Below are positions 21,451-28,084 of a DNA stretch of 28,084 nt, piece by piece; position 1 is the first letter of the stretch; every line of letters starts with the position of its first letter. The stretch comes from Candidatus Bathyarchaeota archaeon. Its GTDB lineage: Archaea; Thermoproteota; Bathyarchaeia; 40CM-2-53-6. Below the pieces are notes generated by a model. That model was given only the letters and a program-made list of their open reading frames with translations, had not been told where the DNA came from and ran no database searches. Location: positions 1 through 28,084 of the forward strand of contig VBBA01000146.1 of assembly GCA_005888675.1 (NCBI GenBank), in the 5' to 3' direction. The position numbers and the translations under genes are program-made.

Positions 21451-22920
21451 ATGGGAGTTATACAGGGAGAAGGATTCCGGGCTAAGGCGAGTCAGACCGA
21501 TCTCGCTGTAACTTTTCGAGATCTAATTTTGTTGCCAGGCTGGACGGAGGTTGAGCCGTCACAGGTGGAACTGTCTACCCAAGCAACACTCCATCACTCG
21601 ATCAACATACCCTTCATCTCCAGTCCGATGGATACTGTGACCGAGAGCGACATGGCTATCGCCCTTGCCAGGCTCGGCGGATTAGGAGTACTTCACAGAA
21701 ACTGCACGGCGGAGGAGGAAGTGGAGATGGCACGAAAAGTGAAACGGGCGGAATCCTTGATCATAAAGGACGTTATCACGATAAGCTCCGCGGAGACCGT
21801 CAGATATGCAACTGAACTAATGCAGAAGCACAACATTTCCGGACTGCCAGTTGTTGAGGGCGAGACCCTTGTTGGGATAGTTACGGGAAGAGACGTTAGG
21901 TTCGCGGACCCTGGACTTCTCGTCAAGGATGTTATGACGAAGAAGGTAGTAACTGCCCCGGAAGACACCAATATCGAAGGGGCGAAGGAGCTTCTTCACA
22001 AGCACAGAGTCGAGAAGCTTCCTTTGACCGACAAGCAAGGAAGGCTGAAAGGATTGATCACGATCAAAGACATGTTGTTGAGAGGACGCTTTCCAAACGC
22101 TGCCCGTGACGAAAACGGCCAGCTACTCCTCGGTGCCGCGGTCTCTCCCTTCGACCTCAAGAGAGCAAAGATGCTTGACGAAATTGTTGACATACTTGTA
22201 ATTGACGTCTCACACTTCCACAATGCGAACGTATTCAACTCGACCAAGAAGCTGCTTGAAGAGGTCGAAGCAGATGTGATCGTTGGCAGCATCGGTACAT
22301 ACAAGGCTGCCGAGGATGCCCTAACGAAATTGGAAGGCATCGCAGGGTTCAGGGTAGGGATAGGCTCAGGCTCGATCTGCACGACAATGGAGTCGACGAA
22401 AGCAGGCTCTCCTACTGTTTACGCAACCGCACAGGTCGCAGACGCCGTCCAGACTTATGGATCGAAGGTTCCGATCATCTCCGATGGCGGAATAAGGGGC
22501 CCGGGCGACGCTGCTGTTGCCCTCTCTTTGGGCGCGTCTGCAGTGATGATCGGGAACCTATTCGCTAGATGCAGAGAGGCTCCTGGCACTTTGATCGCTA
22601 TAGGTGGCCGATACTACAAGCAATACCGAGGAATGGGGAGTCCATCGGCCATGGCTAAGAGATTAGCAACGGATCGATATGGTGCTCCTTCAAAGGGACT
22701 GCCGGAAGGAGTCGAGGGTTGGGTTCCGTACAAAGGCGAAGTCAACGTCGTGATCCAAGAATTGACTGCCGGATTACAGGCTTCGATGGGCTATGCTGGT
22801 GCCCGAAAGGTGCCGGAGCTATGGGAGAAGGCAAGACTGGCCGCGATATCTCAATCCGGCTCTGAAGAAGCCAGACCTCACGACATCTTACTGCCATCAG
22901 AATCCCCCGAAAGGGTCTAG
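21451..22920 (+). CDS. guaB: IMP dehydrogenase with CBS pair
   Basis: SSPMDTVTE, CBS domains, RVGIGSGSICTT (catalytic Cys), YRGMGS, DRY flap dyad, PEGVEG. Start moved from 21331, which overlaps the ahcY start, to ATG 21451. Confidence 0.96.
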   Translation: MGVIQGEGFRAKASQTDLAVTFRDLILLPGWTEVEPSQVELSTQATLHHSINIPFISSPMDTVTESDMAIALARLGGLGVLHRNCTAEEEVEMARKVKRAESLIIKDVITISSAETVRYATELMQKHNISGLPVVEGETLVGIVTGRDVRFADPGLLVKDVMTKKVVTAPEDTNIEGAKELLHKHRVEKLPLTDKQGRLKGLITIKDMLLRGRFPNAARDENGQLLLGAAVSPFDLKRAKMLDEIVDILVIDVSHFHNANVFNSTKKLLEEVEADVIVGSIGTYKAAEDALTKLEGIAGFRVGIGSGSICTTMESTKAGSPTVYATAQVADAVQTYGSKVPIISDGGIRGPGDAAVALSLGASAVMIGNLFARCREAPGTLIAIGGRYYKQYRGMGSPSAMAKRLATDRYGAPSKGLPEGVEGWVPYKGEVNVVIQELTAGLQASMGYAGARKVPELWEKARLAAISQSGSEEARPHDILLPSESPERV

Positions 22921-22944
22921 GGCTGAGACACGTCAAACTCGCGA

Positions 22945-23103
22945 ATGAAAAAAAGTAGACTAAGACTCCTCTGGCCAGCCGGTAAGAGGAGGCAATCATG
23001 CACCAAGCACGGTCCATACGACGGGCCTTATTGTTCTGTATGCTTTGAGAAAGCAATGGGATCAGAATCTGAGTCAAAGCCAGATGTTTCTAACAAGAAT
23101 TGA
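22945..23103 (+). CDS. 52-aa Zn-finger micro-protein (CxxH-x7-CxxC)
   Basis: Not in the ORF track. Manual translation: MKKSRLRLLWPAGKRRQSCTKHGPYDGPYCSVCFEKAMGSESESKPDVSNKN. It fits cleanly between guaB and the HEAT gene. Confidence 0.6.
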   Translation: MKKSRLRLLWPAGKRRQSCTKHGPYDGPYCSVCFEKAMGSESESKPDVSNKN

Positions 23104-23133
23104 AATATCGCGAATAATCGCCCAGATTTTGGG

Positions 23134-23643
23134 ATGCTACAAGTGGAGACAAGTTCTAGGTTGAAGGATGCGGTTGATTATTCGAAGGACTTTCAGATTC
23201 TGGAGAAGATGGAGTGGGCATTTTCCAAAAGGGACGTAAACCATTTCCGAAATGTATTGGAGAGTCGACCGAGCCTATTCTTGAGAGTGCACGCGGTGTG
23301 CATGCTAGCAGATTTAAAAGACGAAGGAGCAGTGTCACCATTAGCAAAGGTCCTGCGGGAGGATGCAAGTCCTCTTGTTAGGCATGAAGCTGCTTTCGTT
23401 CTGGGCCAGCTGGGATTTAAATCGGCAGTACCAGCATTGATCGAAGCCATGGAGCAGGACGACAGCGTCCTTGTTCGGCATGAGTCGGCCGTGGCGTTGG
23501 GGTCAATTGGGGACGAGCGGGCGAGGTCAGGGCTTCAGAAAGCGGCACAGGATTTGGACGAAGACGTCCGATACTCAGCTGAGATCGCCTTGGCAGACCT
23601 AGCGTTTCTCAAGCATCTTAGATCGCGAACCCAAAGGACCTGA
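23134..23643 (+). CDS. HEAT/PBS-lyase-repeat protein with two His-Glu motifs (half deoxyhypusine-hydroxylase-like)
   Basis: LVRHEAAFVLGQLG and LVRHESAVALGSIG repeats. Confidence 0.85.
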   Translation: MLQVETSSRLKDAVDYSKDFQILEKMEWAFSKRDVNHFRNVLESRPSLFLRVHAVCMLADLKDEGAVSPLAKVLREDASPLVRHEAAFVLGQLGFKSAVPALIEAMEQDDSVLVRHESAVALGSIGDERARSGLQKAAQDLDEDVRYSAEIALADLAFLKHLRSRTQRT

Positions 23644-23905
23644 CCTCTCGTACCGGATATTCATACTTCAAAACACTCCCGCTTAGGAAAATCTAGCCTA
23701 CCAATCGCATTTGTCGCAGAACTCGTTCACTTTGAGCCCTGATTGCCAATCGGAGCTCGCTTTTTCTGGCCTCCGATGTGCTCCTCGTGAATTTCCGCTA
23801 TCTTCAAATGAATAAATCCGGTTCCGCAAAATGCTTTTCCTAGCATAATGAACGATTAGAGGCAGTTCCCTTCCAAAATAGGGCGCTTTAGAAAATAAAA
23901 TTGTG

Positions 23906-24019
23906 AAAAAAAGGGGGGCTGATTCACTTGTCTTAAGACGTGAAAGAAGACTTTCGGAGTGCCTTCACCTGTACTCCACACAGCCTCGCGACGTGAAAGG
24001 GCTTTTTGGGAATACAAGC
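23906..24019 (-). ncRNA. Candidate ~114-nt structured small RNA of unknown class
   Basis: Upstream TTTACTATAA, 5'/3' pairing GCUUGU/ACAAGU, two internal hairpins, downstream U7 tract. Confidence 0.3.
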
Positions 24020-24139
24020 TCACGTGAATCGAAAGAGAGATTATAGTAAAGCAGACTCGCCAGAACCATCGAGTCCTCGAAGAACCCGTAAAGCTTCTTA
24101 TTTTGTGGAACCTTTAGTCACCCGGAAAGTAAGTCGGAA

Positions 24140-25339
24140 TTGACCGAACTAGTAATCTCTGAAACGGAGCATAAACAGCGTCTTCAAAAAATTCGCCGAC
24201 AATTGAGTCAGCGTCGGCTGAAAGCACTATATCTAGTCGACCCAACAAGGATACTCTACGCGACTGGATTCAGCTACCTTCCAACAGAGCGGCCGCTGGC
24301 TGTTGTAATCCCCGAGGACGGACCTATTTTCATTATGGGCCCAGCACTGGAATACGAGCACGTACGCCAAGACGCTCGTTTGATCGATGAGGTCTATGCA
24401 TATCCCGATTATCCAGGCAAAGAGCATCCAATCAAATATTTCGCAAACGTCCTGAACACGAAGGAACTGGGAAAGGGAAGAATCGCGACCGACTCTTTCG
24501 AAGGAGCGGCAGGTGGATACGGATACCGTGGCCCTTCACTGAGCAACGTGATGCGTAATGCCAGATTCCTAGACGGCAGAGACATCATCGACAAAATGAG
24601 ACTCGTCAAATCAAACTCGGAACTACGATTGTTACGCGAGAGCGCCAAATGGTCGAGGACGGCCCACGACATTCTGCTCGAGAATACATCAGCCGGCTCC
24701 TGGGATGTCATTACTGGTGTAAGGGCAAGCCTAGAAGGACTCGAAAGGATGCTGAAACAGTTGAATGGAAGTTATCGCCAACTCAAGTGGGCCCTGTCAC
24801 CTCTTGTCGTAGGCTATCGTGGACAAGTTGGGCCAGAATCCGCGATACCTCATACAGTCTTCACCAGACGCAAGATCAGGCGTGGAGATGTATTGGTGAG
24901 TGAGGCTGGAGTTGAGATCGGCGGCTACACCAGCGAGCTCGAAAGAACGGTCATAGTTGGAAAACCACCCTCTAAGGCCGAGAAGTACTTCACGGCGATG
25001 CTGGAGGCGCAAACCTCGGCTCTCAAGACCTTCGGACCTGGAGTAGAATGTCGGACTGTAGACCGAGCAGCAAAAGTCACAGTGCAGAAGCTTGGCTTGG
25101 AAAAGCACCTCCTTCATCATACGGGCCATGGAATTGGCCTTGAAGGGCATGAGCCTCCATGGCTTGATCCAGGCGACTTCACAGTCATGAAGCCTGGCAT
25201 GGTGCTTTCCTGCGAGCCAGGCTTGTATGTCCCAGGTTACGCAGGATTCCGACATTCAGACACTGTGGCGATAACGAAGTCTGGAATGAGTTTCATAACG
25301 GAGTATCCGCGAAGCTTAGAGGAACTGACCATTCGCTAG
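24140..25339 (+). CDS. M24B-family (Xaa-Pro peptidase/creatinase-like) hydrolase with non-canonical metal ligands
   Basis: N-terminal creatinase-like domain; RLVKSNSE, HHTGHGIGLEGHEPP, SCEPG; SEAG, SELERT and RHSDT substitutions. Confidence 0.9.
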   Translation: MTELVISETEHKQRLQKIRRQLSQRRLKALYLVDPTRILYATGFSYLPTERPLAVVIPEDGPIFIMGPALEYEHVRQDARLIDEVYAYPDYPGKEHPIKYFANVLNTKELGKGRIATDSFEGAAGGYGYRGPSLSNVMRNARFLDGRDIIDKMRLVKSNSELRLLRESAKWSRTAHDILLENTSAGSWDVITGVRASLEGLERMLKQLNGSYRQLKWALSPLVVGYRGQVGPESAIPHTVFTRRKIRRGDVLVSEAGVEIGGYTSELERTVIVGKPPSKAEKYFTAMLEAQTSALKTFGPGVECRTVDRAAKVTVQKLGLEKHLLHHTGHGIGLEGHEPPWLDPGDFTVMKPGMVLSCEPGLYVPGYAGFRHSDTVAITKSGMSFITEYPRSLEELTIR

Positions 25340-25351
25340 TGAAGGAATGTC

Positions 25352-25912
25352 TCAGGCTTTGAACCATCTGAAGACGATATAGCGGACTTTGCTGCTGCCC
25401 TTCTTCTTGTCGGGGATTGCGATTATGAATTGTTTTCTAACAGTGGTCGCTAATCTTCCGGCTCGAACAACCTCGAAGGGCCCCATTAACGAATCTGGGG
25501 TTTCCACGGAGACGATGAAGGGTGCGTGGTCTATTCCGGGGCCACGCTCGTACACTGCAAAATCGGCACCAAACTTGATTCCGGGAGTTACTATGAACCC
25601 CTTGTCCCTTAGGTCCCTGTAAACCCTGTAGGCAAGCTCGAAGCCTCTGTAGGTTCGACGCGCAGCGGCCAGCAAGACTTGACGGCCTACACTTTTTCTG
25701 CTCTTGGAATCAACGACGATTATTCTTCCTTCTTCGAGAAGATAGAGGCCTTCCATTAGATCGAGTAGAAGCGGAACGTCGAATTCCTGTTCGGGCTTAG
25801 GTTTCGGGATTCCCACGGGTTTGCCGAAAAAGCCGGATCTGTAGATTTCAAGGCCAGCTTTGTGATCCCAGACAATCAACCTAGTTCCGACAAGTTCTGC
25901 CTCGCCGTGCAT
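25352..25912 (-). CDS. endA: tRNA-splicing endonuclease, catalytic subunit
   Basis: GIKFGADFAVY (Tyr), GIDHAPF (His), RLATTVRK (Lys). Start chosen at ATG 25912. Confidence 0.95.
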   Translation of the reverse strand: MHGEAELVGTRLIVWDHKAGLEIYRSGFFGKPVGIPKPKPEQEFDVPLLLDLMEGLYLLEEGRIIVVDSKSRKSVGRQVLLAAARRTYRGFELAYRVYRDLRDKGFIVTPGIKFGADFAVYERGPGIDHAPFIVSVETPDSLMGPFEVVRAGRLATTVRKQFIIAIPDKKKGSSKVRYIVFRWFKA

Positions 25913-25939
25913 CAAGCCGCGATTATTGCTCGGCAATCC

Positions 25940-27007
25940 CTATGAGATAACCCCGGTGACTTTTGCAGCTTTCTCGGCAGCGGGTTCAGCAATCCCGGTC
26001 TCGCCAAGAATCGTATACCGATCCGGCCGGAGCGAATGCGCAGTCATCAATGCCTTGACTACTTGGTCCTCAGATACTTTCAGTTCTTTTGATGTTGTCG
26101 GGGCCTTGATCTCTTTCAGAAACAATTTTATGGATTCCCAATTGGACCCTTGAAGATATGAACATAATATTGCGCCGACCCCTGTCCTCTCACCGTGCAA
26201 GCTAGTCTCGCCTGCGATGATGTCCAAGGCATGACTGAAAAGGTGCTCGGCACCGCTGCAGGGACGAGAGCTACCTGCAATGCTCATCGCGACTCCGCAA
26301 CTTATCAAAGCCTCGACAACAGTCCTCACTCCGCCTATGCGGCGCTCTACTATCTCCCTAGCGTTCTTCGTCACAAGCTCGGCACTCATCAAGGCCAGCT
26401 CAGCGGCGTAGTCACCATAGTATTCATTTTTCAACTTGTGAGCTAACTGCCAATCCTTAACGGCAGAATACTTTGCGACAACGTCTCCACAACCAGCGGC
26501 CAGCAATCTATATGGTGATCCAGCAATTGCCTCTACATCTGTAAGAATCGCGGAGGGTGCCTGCGCACGTATCGAATACGGCTTCTCTGCACCCTTTATC
26601 GACGCGTAAGGACTTGCGATCCCATCATGGCTAGCGGCTGTAGGAATGCTCAGGAAGGGAATCCCGCTCTTGGCCGATGCTAGCTTTGCTAAGTCGATGT
26701 CTTTGCCCCCTCCGAGCCCGAGCACCAACCTCGCCTTTGTTCTCCTCACCTCCTTTACCACCGAGTCTAGACTGGCCTCCGTCGATTCTTTCACGATGAC
26801 ATGTTCCACTTTCGAGCCTGTCTTCGCAACGGATTTTGCCACTCTGACACCCGCCAACGGATAGGTTACAGGTCCGGATACTATCAGTGCTGTCCCGCGG
26901 AATCCCAAACGTTCACAGACCTCGCCTGTCCGGTCCAAAACGCCGCGGCCAACAATTACCTCTCTAGGGAGTTGCATGTAATGGAACGAATCTTGTTTCG
27001 AAATCAA
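25940..27007 (-). CDS. egsA: sn-glycerol-1-phosphate dehydrogenase
   Basis: GLGGGKDIDLAK, PTAASHDGIASP, SRPCSGAEHLFSHALD, LHGE. Start is TTG 27007 or ATG 26977. Confidence 0.96.
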   Translation of the reverse strand: MISKQDSFHYMQLPREVIVGRGVLDRTGEVCERLGFRGTALIVSGPVTYPLAGVRVAKSVAKTGSKVEHVIVKESTEASLDSVVKEVRRTKARLVLGLGGGKDIDLAKLASAKSGIPFLSIPTAASHDGIASPYASIKGAEKPYSIRAQAPSAILTDVEAIAGSPYRLLAAGCGDVVAKYSAVKDWQLAHKLKNEYYGDYAAELALMSAELVTKNAREIVERRIGGVRTVVEALISCGVAMSIAGSSRPCSGAEHLFSHALDIIAGETSLHGERTGVGAILCSYLQGSNWESIKLFLKEIKAPTTSKELKVSEDQVVKALMTAHSLRPDRYTILGETGIAEPAAEKAAKVTGVIS

Positions 27008-27015
27008 TCTTGAAT

Positions 27016-28084
27016 CTACACGATTGCCAATACGAGTAAGGCGATAGTTATAGACACCAACTCCAAGAGATAGAATAGGCTTCTCACTCGAACCCCGACA
27101 CGTCTGATAGAGGACGTCAGATTCTGAAACGTCTCCTTCCCCATCACCCGAACCCTGATACTTGAGCTAGAGACGCCTAATGAGGCATCCTCCAGATCAT
27201 CAATTCCCTTCTTGACAGCATCCCTTATCCTGGTTATCAACAGGGCCTTGTCGAGATGGGCCCCGACCGGATAATAACCGAGCGGAGACCTGACGAGACC
27301 CGTTACGAGATGAGTATCAGTAGTCATTACCTCGCCATCAGCAACGCCTAATTCGCTCAGTGAGGAAAGTATCATTTCTCTGAAACCAGGCTCCATGTTA
27401 TTCCCATCGATAGTCAGGTAGGCCACGCGCTGGCCTTGGTTGCTCAGCACCAAAACTGACACGCCTCCAGGGCCTATTCCATCTTCAAGTCTAAAATCGT
27501 GAAGAGCATCAAAAGAAAAGCCAGCCTTGAACCCGGACTGATCAAGGACTTTCAGCGATCTCAGAACATCCTTGGCAACCAGACCAAGACTTTCGGCTTG
27601 GGCAGGCGTTACTACCGTCTCGACGCTCATGCTATTGTGAGCGTCAACCACCGCCACGCCAAGACCCAACGAGTCCCCAATTTGGCGTAGGGTTTCGCCA
27701 AGTTCTCGAGGCATATCTTCCATATTCTCTGGGGATAGAGTTAGTATAATCAGCGCTGTGTGGTCGAAGACCTGCCCGCTGGTTTTTGCGGTTTCTCTTA
27801 CAGCTCTCACCATTATGGACGCCGTCGCCGTAGTTGGTTTAGAGGGAAAATTGGATTCCACATGGTTCAAGAACCTGGAGACATCTTTGCGGGAAATGAT
27901 GTTCGATTGATGGCCTGATATTCCGTGAGGCACATGTACAATTCCTCCCAGTCTGCTTTCGAGATGTTCCTTCAACTGTGAGGGCAATCCGCCGCTTCCC
28001 AGATCACGGTATGGACCAGGATGAAAACTGGAAACTACTAGTGCTCCCTTCCGCCTCCCGTTCTTTCCAAAAAACGCAATGATG
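27016..28084 (-). CDS. DUF2070-family membrane protein (partial, 5' end beyond the window)
   Basis: The frame stays open upstream of the ORF-track start (…SSFHPGPYRDLGSGGLPSQL…). VVDAHNS, IDGNNM and TTDTH motifs; C-terminal TM helix. Confidence 0.85.
   Translation of the reverse strand, partial: IIAFFGKNGRRKGALVVSSFHPGPYRDLGSGGLPSQLKEHLESRLGGIVHVPHGISGHQSNIISRKDVSRFLNHVESNFPSKPTTATASIMVRAVRETAKTSGQVFDHTALIILTLSPENMEDMPRELGETLRQIGDSLGLGVAVVDAHNSMSVETVVTPAQAESLGLVAKDVLRSLKVLDQSGFKAGFSFDALHDFRLEDGIGPGGVSVLVLSNQGQRVAYLTIDGNNMEPGFREMILSSLSELGVADGEVMTTDTHLVTGLVRSPLGYYPVGAHLDKALLITRIRDAVKKGIDDLEDASLGVSSSSIRVRVMGKETFQNLTSSIRRVGVRVRSLFYLLELVSITIALLVLAIV

Noticed and set aside
23698-23829. 43-aa minus-strand ORF ending in FCDKCDW
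   Set aside because: Only half a zinc ribbon, TTG start without an RBS, and low-information sequence; plausible by chance.
1-28084. tRNA, rRNA, CRISPR array, transposase or integrase
   Set aside because: I found no T-loop/cloverleaf, rRNA signature, regularly spaced repeat or recombinase motif by eye. Short degenerate elements could have been missed.

Overview
This is an archaeal chromosomal window, most likely from a TACK-lineage archaeon. Bathyarchaeia is my inference from gene content (TackOD1/DUF3227-like proteins, EndA with a crenarchaeal-type loop), not a database assignment. Bases 1-6.1 kb hold the conserved exosome/proteasome superoperon on the minus strand: DUF54, psmA, SBDS, rrp4, rrp41, rrp42, rpl37ae, pcc1, pfdB and a DHH phosphoesterase. 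It lacks the usual rpl15e, rpp30, pop5, rpoP and Brix genes. A well-formed 65-nt box C/D sRNA sits in the rpp30/pop5 slot, with a guide complementary to the 16S decoding region. Bases 6.5-11 kb hold a candidate KaiC-centred signalling module with no histidine kinase or REC domain: an active single-domain KaiC-like ATPase, a TackOD1 Zn-ribbon/nuclease-fold protein, an AbrB-like regulator, a 7TM receptor fused to degenerate KaiC/MEDS-like domains, and a DUF3227-like protein. Further along are hsp20, several Cys/His micro-proteins (one absent from the ORF track), an IVD/LCAD-type acyl-CoA dehydrogenase beside an HMG-CoA synthase-DUF35 fusion, a membrane-anchored M6 protease, and a NitT/TauT ABC transporter with no binding-protein gene. 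The window ends with ahcY, guaB, a half-size deoxyhypusine-hydroxylase-like HEAT protein, an atypical M24 hydrolase, endA, egsA and a partial DUF2070 gene. I saw no tRNA, rRNA, CRISPR array or mobile element. All family assignments come from motif recognition by eye.
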